Below are positions 52,980 through 62,600 of a stretch of 64,000 nt of DNA, in pieces. This DNA comes from an uncultured Bacteroidales bacterium (GTDB lineage: Bacteria; Bacteroidota; Bacteroidia; Bacteroidales; FEN-979). Made by a program: the position numbers and the translations under genes. The stretch spans positions 3,984 to 67,983 of the forward strand of contig CAISJJ010000158.1 of NCBI GenBank assembly GCA_903885595.1, given 5' to 3'. Numbering within the stretch: the stretch's first letter is position 1; each line of letters begins with the position of its first letter. Below the pieces are notes generated by a model, which saw only the letters and a list, made by a program, of their open reading frames with translations, was not told the DNA's origin and ran no database searches.

Positions 52980-53753
52980 ATGAAAAGCCCATTCCTTGTC
53001 TTTTTAATCCTGTTTTCATCTGCAGGCGCAGCTTTTTGCCAATGTGCCGGGTTTAAAATTTATCGCACATCGGGGGAGGTTTATCTTATGCCCGGCCCTG
53101 TGAAAGGGACTGCACTTAAGAACAGGATCCTGAATGAACAATCGGTGCTGAATGTTGAAGCCGGAGGAAATGTAATCTTACTGAGCGGAAGTGATAAAGC
53201 ACTGCGAATTACTAAACCCGCTAAATATACCTACGCTGACATCCATACTATGTGTCAGCAGAATCAGACTTCGCTTACAAAGGAGTATATAAAATACGTC
53301 GCACAAACGATTACCGAAAAAGAAGAACCTATGACAGCTATGGTTATTAAAGGAGCGGTATACCGGACCAAGGAGATTTTCGAAAGGACCGACATGATCC
53401 TTCCGGCTGATTCTTCGGTAATTTCCACAGAAACCATCCTGTTTGCCTGGCACCCAACGCCCGGTGTTGCTTCAAAATATCTTAAAATTTATGAAAACGG
53501 CGTAAAGGAGATTTATTCAAGACTACTCTCCGATACCACCATTGTTCTTCAAGCTGAACTGTTTTTACCGCAGAAACTGTATTTCTGGCTGGTCACGTCA
53601 AATCAACAGCCCACAAACGATGAGGTGAGATTCAACTTTGTGCGCAGTAATCCCGATTGGAAAACTGAATTTCTCAACCTGGATGACCAATTGATGAAAG
53701 AGCTCGAAAACGAGATCAATGCAACAGAGAAAAAGTTAAGAGAGGGAAAATGA
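52980..53753 (+). CDS. Secreted protein of unknown function, translationally coupled to the CHASE2 gene
   Basis: The ATG at 52980 is 4 nt after the CHASE2 stop. Signal peptide MKSPFLVFLILFSSAGAAFCQ. The C-terminal half (TILFAWHPTPGVASKYLKIYENG...LFLPQKLYFWLVTS) is loosely reminiscent of DUF928, which is unverified. Confidence 0.55.
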   Translation: MKSPFLVFLILFSSAGAAFCQCAGFKIYRTSGEVYLMPGPVKGTALKNRILNEQSVLNVEAGGNVILLSGSDKALRITKPAKYTYADIHTMCQQNQTSLTKEYIKYVAQTITEKEEPMTAMVIKGAVYRTKEIFERTDMILPADSSVISTETILFAWHPTPGVASKYLKIYENGVKEIYSRLLSDTTIVLQAELFLPQKLYFWLVTSNQQPTNDEVRFNFVRSNPDWKTEFLNLDDQLMKELENEINATEKKLREGK

Positions 53754-53763
53754 GATTCCCCGC

Positions 53764-55554
53764 CTAAAACAAAATCCCGATTTTAAATATAGAATAGATT
53801 GAAATGTCTTTAAGCCATTCTTCTTCCTTGTAAAGTGAAGGTATGATACTGGTAAATGAAGTAGTATATTGATAACTTAACGACATTGCAAATGAACTTG
53901 TTACCCAGAGATCGAGGTCGATCCCGAAATTAAAACTGCCGTTTGCGAATGACCACTCGCTAAATGAACCAATGCTGTCAATAGCACTGCTGTTTTGATA
54001 AAATGTGGGGTTATAGGCGATAGTGATAAATGGTTTTGGGTTAAAACGGAGCATCTTTACAATATTGGCCTGGATGCCAAGATCGAAACCGGGAACAACG
54101 TATCTGCGGTATTTATATGTGGCATCTTCTGAAAGATCCTGGATGAGATTCACAGAGAACTGGTATTTACAGAAAACAACGGACTTGCTTTTTGAACTGC
54201 CGGCATTCCCCACACTCAGACCGAAATTTTTGTTAAAGTCGCCAAATCCAAACGGGAAACAAACACTAAACCGTACAGGTTTGATCTTATTGATTGATGC
54301 CATGAAAAAAAGTGAATTTTGTTCATCCCCGCCCATTTTTGAACCACCGCCTCCGCCTTGCGAGGGAGATAACCGACCACCTACGGCCTGCCGGAGCAAA
54401 ACCGGCGTTTTACCTGTCATCAGGTAATTGTTAAACTCTGCAAACCTGCTCTCCCTGTTATGACTGGCCTCGACGAAATTATACCAGGCTGCATTATTTT
54501 CCGCACAATTCATTTCCGGTAAAACAGCCTGCTTTCTCAGGTTATAAAAAGAGCTGTTCATCGCCAATAAATTTGGATTTATCGTTTTGGCACGACTGTC
54601 AATATCAGGGATTTCCCCTTTGAATTTCAGGAAAAGGCTTTTAGCGTCTTCTTCATTATTTTTAAGGCAGGAACTCCTTGCCTGTAATAAAGTATAGGCT
54701 GTACGAAAATACATGGCCTCGATATAGTTGGGATCAAAGGATAAAGCTTCCGTTATTGAATAATAAATTTTGGCATTGATGGCATCTTTAGCGGTAAGAT
54801 CTTCCATGCCTGCTGTTTTATAACCCTGAACGGCGCCATCGCAAATTTTCTTGTATGCATCGAATGAAGTGGCGCCAAAATAGGTGTTATTTGAGGAGTT
54901 GTCTGTTTTTGCAAAATCAACGGCATCTTTTGAAAATTTTACATTTTTGATGACGGCTGGCTCCTGGAAACTGAATCCCGATGTTCGGGCATGCACCGTA
55001 CCAATTACCTTTCCCTCCATATTAATGGCCGGACCTCCCAGGCTCGCCGGAGTAATAGTTGCCGAGGTCTGAATGGTACTGTCCTTTGCATTGCTGCTGA
55101 TGAGGCCCCAGGTTACCATTATTGATCCTGCTATCTGACCGTCACCCGCGTATCCGAATATCAGAGTTTCATCCCCGGCATGAATTGTTTCGGGATCGGC
55201 AAACTCCAGGGGTTTTAAGGTACAGTCGATGGCTTTGATAATGGCAACATCCGTTATGGGATTTGACCAGATCACAGTGCCGTAATAGGATTTGCTTTCA
55301 TCCTGTGAATAAAAAACAATACCATTCATATCCTTGACCACCTGGTAGCTTGTTATGACCAGGTTCCCATCTCCGACCACATAACCGGTTCCCAGGTTAA
55401 ACGTGGTCTCATCAAAATAAAATGGCATGTTGAATGCAAAAACCCGAACGATGGATTCTTTTGTTTCATCGATAAGGGCAACTTTCGATTGAGACTGAAG
55501 CATTTGTCCGCAAAGGCAAAACAACGCTGATAAAAACAGTAACTTTCTTTTCAT
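53764..55554 (-). CDS. Trypsin-fold pseudoprotease fused to a putative C-terminal outer-membrane beta-barrel
   Basis: 596 aa with a signal peptide. S1C-like blocks GTGYVVGDGNLVITSYQVV (Gln where the catalytic His is expected), DVAIIKA (Asp retained) and TITPASLGGPAINMEGKVIGTV (Leu where the GNSGGP Ser is expected). The last ~180 aa have an alternating pattern and end in the aromatic KIGILF. Confidence 0.65.
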   Translation of the reverse strand: MKRKLLFLSALFCLCGQMLQSQSKVALIDETKESIVRVFAFNMPFYFDETTFNLGTGYVVGDGNLVITSYQVVKDMNGIVFYSQDESKSYYGTVIWSNPITDVAIIKAIDCTLKPLEFADPETIHAGDETLIFGYAGDGQIAGSIMVTWGLISSNAKDSTIQTSATITPASLGGPAINMEGKVIGTVHARTSGFSFQEPAVIKNVKFSKDAVDFAKTDNSSNNTYFGATSFDAYKKICDGAVQGYKTAGMEDLTAKDAINAKIYYSITEALSFDPNYIEAMYFRTAYTLLQARSSCLKNNEEDAKSLFLKFKGEIPDIDSRAKTINPNLLAMNSSFYNLRKQAVLPEMNCAENNAAWYNFVEASHNRESRFAEFNNYLMTGKTPVLLRQAVGGRLSPSQGGGGGSKMGGDEQNSLFFMASINKIKPVRFSVCFPFGFGDFNKNFGLSVGNAGSSKSKSVVFCKYQFSVNLIQDLSEDATYKYRRYVVPGFDLGIQANIVKMLRFNPKPFITIAYNPTFYQNSSAIDSIGSFSEWSFANGSFNFGIDLDLWVTSSFAMSLSYQYTTSFTSIIPSLYKEEEWLKDISIYSIFKIGILF

Positions 55555-56000
55555 AAATATCAGATTTGGCGTTCGTTATATTATTGAGCTTTATTTGAAA
55601 TAATCAGGATGTCTTTCAAATTAAACAGGCAACAGTGTATATCGTAAATCATATATTCCTGTCATCATTGTGCCTTAAACTGATGATTTATAATAAGATT
55701 CCTTTTCGGATGGGCCTCCTTACTGTCATATCATCACCCTTCTGATAAGGAAATCAGCAGAACGAATATGAAACAAATTTATATTAATTTTTGATAAACC
55801 ATAATTTTACCTAAAAAAATCTTCATTTTTTTTTTAGTATTTAGGTTTTTTTACTAAATTGCCGATGTGTTTTAGTTGGGTTTAAGTGGGTAATTTTAAT
55901 GAAAGTTTGCGCTGGCAATCCTCTCCCGATGAATGATGCTTTTCTTCTGATGGAGATCAGGTTATAAAGTTTCTGCATGGATTTTTAAAAACATGAACCG

Positions 56001-57932
56001 ATGAAAACAATTACATTTCTGTTTTTTATCATTGCTTCATTGCTGCCGGCAACACTGCCGGCCCAGGAACGTGGAATGACGCCGGATGCCCTTCCTGACA
56101 TAAAAATGCTCGATACCCTGTATACCCGGCGCTCAGCCCTGCTGATCGGCGCCAGTGACTATAATAACGGATTTGATACACTGAAGGGCGTTGTTTCAGA
56201 TATTGGAACAGTTAAGGCGTTGCTCGACAGCTTAGGGTTTACCGTTAAAGTAAAGATGAATCCTCCCGACAAGAAAGCATTTGATGATGCGTTCGGTGAA
56301 TTTATTGCAGAATATGGGCAAGACCAGGAAAGTTGCCTGATTTTTTATTTTGCAGGTCATGGAATAACCAGGAATGTAAATGCAGTGAAGAAAAGCTATC
56401 TGCTCGGCGTTAATTGCCCGGAGTTTGACAAGAACAAATCGGGTTTTTTAGCTTCAGCGATTCCCCTTGATTATTTCGAAAATTATGCGAAGGAAATTGC
56501 CTGCAAACATGCACTTTTCATTTTTGATGCTTGCTTTTCGGGCGCTATTTTTGACCGGCGCAGGGGCAATAATGCACCCGAACTCATAAGTTATAAAACC
56601 ACGCTTAAGGTCAGGCAATTTATTACCAGTGGCTCCGCAGACGAGAAGGTACCCGATAATAGCCGGTTTTGCGACCAGCTGGTATTCGGTCTTAAAGGCG
56701 AAGCCGATAAAAATGATGATGGATATGTGCTTGGATCTGAGTTATTTGCATTCCTGGAGGAAAAGGTGGTAAATATATCAAAAGGTACTCAACATCCCCA
56801 ATATGGGAAAATGAGCGAACAGGACTTTGACAAGGGGGACTTTGTATTTTGCCTGAATAAAACCAGCTCAACAACATTCGGCCGGCTTGAGATAAAGACG
56901 GTTACCGAGGGTTCACTTTTCATTGATAACAGGTTTAACCGAAAGATAACCTATTCAGACTCCTTGATCATTGTTGATGATCTTACTTCGGGAAATCATA
57001 CCATCAGGATTTCAGGTGACGGACCTGATGACGCACCGGTTGAAAAAATCGTGCGAATCTATCCCAATACAACCATCCCGCTTTCATTTGCCAAAACCCG
57101 GACCGGTGCGTCACCTCACTTTCCCGACATGACACTTTTGGAAGGGGTGACCTTCTCAATGGGCAGCAATGATGGCCCGGCTGATGAAAAACCTGTTCAC
57201 CCGGTTACCCTCAGTAATTTTACCATGGGGAAGTATGAGGTAACTGTGAACCAGTTCAAGAAATTCATTGATGATACCGCCTATCAGACCGATGCCGAAA
57301 AAAGTGGCGGAAGCTGGGTTTGGACCGGGAGCCTATGGGAAAAACGAAACGGGGTCAACTGGAAATGCGATGCAGCCGGGAATGTACTGGTCGCCGCCAA
57401 TTACAACCAACCCGTGATCCATGTGAGCTGGAACGACGCAAATGAATATTGCAAATGGCTTAGTAAAAAAACAGGTAAAACATACCGGCTCCCAACAGAG
57501 GCTGAATGGGAATTTGCTGCCGGCGGACCAAAACGTTTAAAATATAGCTGGGGTAATACCGACCCAAAAGGAAAGGCGGGTGGGAATGTGGCAGATATCT
57601 CGGCAAAAAAGCTGGGGATCTCATTTATCTGGAATGGTTACGATGACAAGTTCGGAATGACAGCTCCTGTTGGAAGTTTCAGTCCGAATGAGTTTGGGTT
57701 ATACGACATGACTGGAAATGTTTGGGAGTGGTGCAGCGATTGGTACGGAGCTGATTTTTACGCAAAGAGTGCGGCAGAAAATCCATTGGGCCCTTCAACT
57801 GGCGTTTATCGCGTGTTAAGGGGCGGTTCCTGCGTTGACCAGCCAACCAGCCAGCGGGTTACAGAACGGTTATGGGTCGAGCCATCCGGGAAAAAACGCT
57901 GTGCCGGCTTTCGGGTAGTAAGAACCGACTAA
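56001..57932 (+). CDS. Exported caspase-family (C14) protease fused to a PEGA-like domain and an FGE/SUMF1-type domain
   Basis: 643 aa with signal peptide MKTITFLFFIIASLLPATLPAQ. Caspase His and Cys motifs IFYFAGHG and LFIFDACFSG. FGE-type motifs RLPTEAEWEFAAGG, GLYDMTGNVWEWCSDWY, RVLRGGSC. Confidence 0.8.
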   Translation: MKTITFLFFIIASLLPATLPAQERGMTPDALPDIKMLDTLYTRRSALLIGASDYNNGFDTLKGVVSDIGTVKALLDSLGFTVKVKMNPPDKKAFDDAFGEFIAEYGQDQESCLIFYFAGHGITRNVNAVKKSYLLGVNCPEFDKNKSGFLASAIPLDYFENYAKEIACKHALFIFDACFSGAIFDRRRGNNAPELISYKTTLKVRQFITSGSADEKVPDNSRFCDQLVFGLKGEADKNDDGYVLGSELFAFLEEKVVNISKGTQHPQYGKMSEQDFDKGDFVFCLNKTSSTTFGRLEIKTVTEGSLFIDNRFNRKITYSDSLIIVDDLTSGNHTIRISGDGPDDAPVEKIVRIYPNTTIPLSFAKTRTGASPHFPDMTLLEGVTFSMGSNDGPADEKPVHPVTLSNFTMGKYEVTVNQFKKFIDDTAYQTDAEKSGGSWVWTGSLWEKRNGVNWKCDAAGNVLVAANYNQPVIHVSWNDANEYCKWLSKKTGKTYRLPTEAEWEFAAGGPKRLKYSWGNTDPKGKAGGNVADISAKKLGISFIWNGYDDKFGMTAPVGSFSPNEFGLYDMTGNVWEWCSDWYGADFYAKSAAENPLGPSTGVYRVLRGGSCVDQPTSQRVTERLWVEPSGKKRCAGFRVVRTD

Positions 57933-58067
57933 TCCTTCCCCCGGATTCATAAGTCCCTGACTTCGAAAATAATTTCATTTTATCCAATCCCTGAATCCAT
58001 GAACATCGATGCCAGCCTTGTTAACACTAACGGTCGATAATATTATGTGTGTTCCATTTGATCATTC

Positions 58068-59621
58068 ATGTCAAAATTTTCACCAATGAAGATCTCTTTA
58101 AAAGCGCTGCTGATTTTAACCTGCTTTCTGATCAGCCAACAAGGCGTATTTTCCCAATCCCCCCCGTCTTATGTTTCAGCGGAAAAGCGTAAACTTCAAT
58201 ATCCCGATGAGAAATACCTCACAGGTTTTGCCTCAGCTGTTATCCGGAAGACCGATAAGGTTGAAGAGGTACAGAAAACCCTGCTCGAAAATGCAAAGAC
58301 CTATCTGGTCCAATCGATCAGCACCAGGATTTCATCATCAGCCACGCTCAACACAGAGAATCATAATACAAAAACCCTGGAAATTTTCCGTCAGGTCAGT
58401 ACTTCTTATGCCCAGGCAGACCTGACCGGACTGAAAGTAAATGAATATTATGATACTAAAAAGAAGGAAGCCTATGCATTCGTACATCTTAACATTCAGG
58501 ATTTTCTGTCGTCAACACAAAACACTTTGATCCTGGAATCTACCCAGCTGTCGAAAAAACTTGGGACTGCCAGTCAGCTTATGAAAGCAGGCAACCGCGG
58601 AGAAGCTTTAAAAACCTACCTTGATTGTTTTCCGCTCTTACGGGAGATGGAAAGCCAGGTTGCCATAGTTTTAACATTAGGGAAGCCCGAAATTGCCACG
58701 CAGTACGGAGCATTCAGCGATTCCGTTTCAAGGGCTGTTTCTTTACTCCGGACAGGACCCAGGAACAGCATGAATGATCTGTGTTTTTTTATTGCCGATG
58801 GGATTAAACAACAGATTCCTGAAAGTTTTAAAGACAGAACCATCAGGTTGGGCAGTTTTACATACATGAATACAGGAATGGGGAGTAAATTTTCAGCTCA
58901 CCTTGCTGCTTCGCTCCAACCGAAACTTACCGCTGAGGGATTTGCTATTTACACACCCGATCAGTCGGCAAAAGATAACAGGTTCCCATGGGTGCTTTCT
59001 GGTACATATTGGCTCGATGGGAAGAACCTTAAGGTTATCGCTAATCTGAATAATGAAAAAACAGGTATAACGATTGCGAGCATTGAGGAGTTTTTTCCCC
59101 TCACCTGGCTGACTGAAAATGGTATAGAATATCTTCCCGGAAATTATCAATCGGCAATAAAACTGGAGAAGGAACTCAGTTCAAATGAAATTGTAAACAG
59201 TGGGTTAATGGTGAAATTATGGACCAATAAAGGGATGGAAAACCCGGTTTATAAACAGGGTGAAAAGATGCAGGTTTACGTCCAGGCCGATCAGCCATGT
59301 TTCCTCAGGCTTATTTATTTTACGGCTGATGGAAACAAATGGCTTTTAAAAGATAGCTGGTACCTGGATGAGACAAAAATCAACAAACCATACCTTTTAC
59401 CTGGATCATATACCTGTACTCCGCCGTTTGGCGCCGAGATTCTTCAATTGGTCGCCCAGACCGAACCATTCAAAAAACTTGATACAGAGGTATCCGGAGG
59501 TAATACAATTATCCTTGGCGACGACCATTCAGCCATTGAGATCACCCGGGGTATGAAAGCTGAAAAACCCAACCTGCTTATAGCTGAAAAACGAATAAGT
59601 ATTACCACCCTGGAAGAATAG
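58068..59621 (+). CDS. Exported protein with LPP20-like N-terminal region and DUF4384-like C-terminal domain
   Basis: 517 aa with a signal peptide or lipoprotein-like leader (LILTCFLISQQGVFSQ). N-region YLTGFASAV...AKTYLVQSISTRISS. C-domain VKLWTNKGMENPVYKQGEKMQVYVQADQPCFLRLIYFTADGNKWLL...PPFGAEILQLVAQ. Confidence 0.55.
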   Translation: MSKFSPMKISLKALLILTCFLISQQGVFSQSPPSYVSAEKRKLQYPDEKYLTGFASAVIRKTDKVEEVQKTLLENAKTYLVQSISTRISSSATLNTENHNTKTLEIFRQVSTSYAQADLTGLKVNEYYDTKKKEAYAFVHLNIQDFLSSTQNTLILESTQLSKKLGTASQLMKAGNRGEALKTYLDCFPLLREMESQVAIVLTLGKPEIATQYGAFSDSVSRAVSLLRTGPRNSMNDLCFFIADGIKQQIPESFKDRTIRLGSFTYMNTGMGSKFSAHLAASLQPKLTAEGFAIYTPDQSAKDNRFPWVLSGTYWLDGKNLKVIANLNNEKTGITIASIEEFFPLTWLTENGIEYLPGNYQSAIKLEKELSSNEIVNSGLMVKLWTNKGMENPVYKQGEKMQVYVQADQPCFLRLIYFTADGNKWLLKDSWYLDETKINKPYLLPGSYTCTPPFGAEILQLVAQTEPFKKLDTEVSGGNTIILGDDHSAIEITRGMKAEKPNLLIAEKRISITTLEE

Positions 59622-59638
59622 GGTGTGTCCCGGTTTAA

Positions 59639-62600
59639 TTACCTGCTTATAATCAATTTCTTAGTGATCCTTTCTGTCCCTGTTTGAATACGGAGAAAGT
59701 AAACCCCGTCGGGCAAATGGCTGAGGTTGATCTGCAATGGTCCCTGCTGGTTTGAGCCGGCAGATGTTAAACCGGTCACCTGCATACCAATGGAGTTGTA
59801 TACCATCAGGGTTAATTCTTTGGATCCGGCTGTTGGCAGGGATAGATTAAATAATCCCTTTCCCGGGTTGGGATAGATCCGCATATCTTCTTCAGTAGCT
59901 TCATTCAGTGTATTTCCGTTTTCTCCGGTGCTTTTTTGCAAACTGATGTCCAGTCTGCGGGCGTCGAAATCAAACCATTCGCAGGGGGTGGGAGAGGCCG
60001 ACCATGAAACATCAGGTGTGCCGTCGGCAACTGAATTAAAAACAAGATTGCTTAAGGTGCCATTCAGCGAAATTCCATGGGCATCGGCGGCCCAAAGTAA
60101 TGCCAGAGTTCCGGGCTGAGGATTGGCAATGGTCACATCTTCGATTCCGGCATACCAGTTATTGGCCTCCACAAAGGATAACTTTGCGGGATCATATTGA
60201 ATACTGAACTGGAAAGCGCCTGATTCACGGATTGATGAAACTGTTATCGGAACAATAATTCGTCCCTTTGAGGTCTTTTTTGGCGTTTCGAGGGTGATTG
60301 TTCCATCTGAACCTGATTTTAACTGATTGAGCGGATCGTTTGAAAGCCCGGGAGCATCCAGGATTGTCCAGGTATAGGAGGCATTGGCATCGCCATAGAT
60401 GATGCCGTTAAAATTACGGGTGACATCATTGCCACTGACAGTGACTGCCTGATTTTCAAAAAGCCAATCGCCAACAGGAAAAGAGGTGACAATGGTTATA
60501 ATCCGCTTTTTAATGAGCAGCACATCACTGGCCGAGAGCGAACCACTTGCATTGACGTCTCCGCATGCCAGGAAAATTCCGGATAAGGGGGCAATGTTGC
60601 CAATATGTTTCTTGAACAACAGGACATCGGCAGCAGAAACTCCACCCCATGGCTTATCGGTCGTAGCTTCAACAGTATAATTTCCATCTGTGATTCCCGT
60701 AAAGGAATAGTTGCCTGACACAGATGTGCTGACCGTGGCAATCACGGTTCCGCCCGAGTTTTTCAATTTCACGGGGATGTTGTGCATCGGGGTATTGGCG
60801 GCGTTGGGATAGGTTATGGCGCCGCTGATGGCATGTCCGGTGGCACCTCCTTCACATTCGATGCTGGCAGCCCAGCCGATCCTGGTTACTGAATTATCGG
60901 AGGTGAATTTAAAGGTCAGCGAACCGCTGGCATTCGAGGCTGTGATTGTTCCGGGTGAAGCGGTTCCGTTAAACGGGCTGCCGGTGATTTGGGGCGCACT
61001 TACTGAAGAACCATTGTAAATATACAGGTAATCATAGCCGCTCTCTGTTTCAAACTGTGAAAAGCTGACCTTGAGCATGGCTCCCGAAGTGGCGGGATTG
61101 ATGGTCATTACTTTATTTTCGCTGTTATTGTAGTTGGCGTCGGGGCCTCCCGAATCGTAAAAATTTCCGGCACAGGTTGTTATGTTCCCATTGGCCATGA
61201 TGATATTCTGTGCAACTGTGATATAGCCTTGTTTCAGCAGGGTTTGTGAATCAACGCCATCTGAAATGGTCAGTGAAACATCATAAACGCCTGCCGCCGC
61301 ATAAACAACCACAGGATTTGGATCAGTAGAGGTGGCCGGATTTCCTCCCGGGAAACTCCATTGCCAGCTTACCGGACTGCCACACGATAAATCGGTAAAA
61401 TACACCGGTTCACTGAAAGTCACATTCACTTTATCGGCAGTAAATTCAGGGTTCAATCCACCATAAGGGTAAAGCTGGACATTCAGGATGGTGGTATTCA
61501 GGTCGGTTGCACTTACATTCTGAATGGTTTTCGTGCGGTAACAACCAGCAGAAAAGGTAAGGTTGTATGATCCTGCCTTGATCGGCCGGTAATAGTCTCC
61601 GGTCACCGCCGATGAATATACGTGTGTGCTGTCCTGATCATGTCCGGCGATAAATACTTTTGCATGCAAAGGATTGCCTGTAATCGAATCGGTAATAATG
61701 CCATTGATGCCATAGCGTGACTGATCGATGTAGTTCAGCAGCGAGCGGTAATTGTAATTCCAGTGGGAGATCAACTGCGTGGCAGGCAATAATTTCGTGT
61801 TTGATAACTCAATGGTAACTTCCCGGCACTGCCTGAAAATGTTCATATAATCCTGCCGGCCTCCATGTACTTCATACCATGCGTAACCATTGGTAATTCC
61901 ATTGTCCCATTCATTCATGTATCCTCCCCCGCTGTGAACATGCACAGTATCTGCATACTGACGGCCGGTAAAAATCCACCAGTTGTTATCAGGATGTAAC
62001 CGTGGCCAGGTATCCCAGGGATAATTATACACCTCGGCTCCGCCATGAAAATTGGCCGACATTACAAAATCACGGATACCGGCAAAATTCATAAAAGCCT
62101 CCGTTTCCACCTGCCACGCTTCTCCATCGGGGTGGGGGCCCTCCTGTGCATCGGGATAGTTGCGGTTCATGTCAACACCGTTGGCATTGCCCCGGGTAGC
62201 TCCGTTTACAGTATTGTTACCGCCATTGTAAGTTCCATCAGGATTGGCCAATGGGTTGATCCATATTTCCGTGTTGTTCAGCATGTTGGTTACACGGCTG
62301 TCGGTGCCGTAATTAAGCAGGAGATAATCCATCAGATGAAGCATCAGCACATAACCGGTTGTTTCATCCCCGTGAATGGAAGAGGTATAGAAGAACTCTG
62401 GTTCCCCTTCATCCGTGGCTACATTATCAGATATTTTTGCTGCAAGAAGTAACCTTCCATCGGTCGACATCCCAATGGTGTCGATCTTGCACAAAGCAGG
62501 ATAATTGGCCTGGAACTGGGCCATCAAACTGAGGTAGGCAGTATAGGTGGGATAAAAATCCCAGACCGTCCGGTCTTTTAAGTTGACGTTATCCAACATC

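Noticed and set aside
48215-59621. Interpreting the caspase neighbourhood as a classical cytoplasmic anti-phage abortive-infection system
   Set aside because: The caspase and nearly all its neighbours carry export signals. There is no STAND/AAA NTPase, nuclease, cyclase, TIR or CRISPR component. An envelope function is more consistent with the sequence, although a defensive role at the cell surface cannot be excluded.
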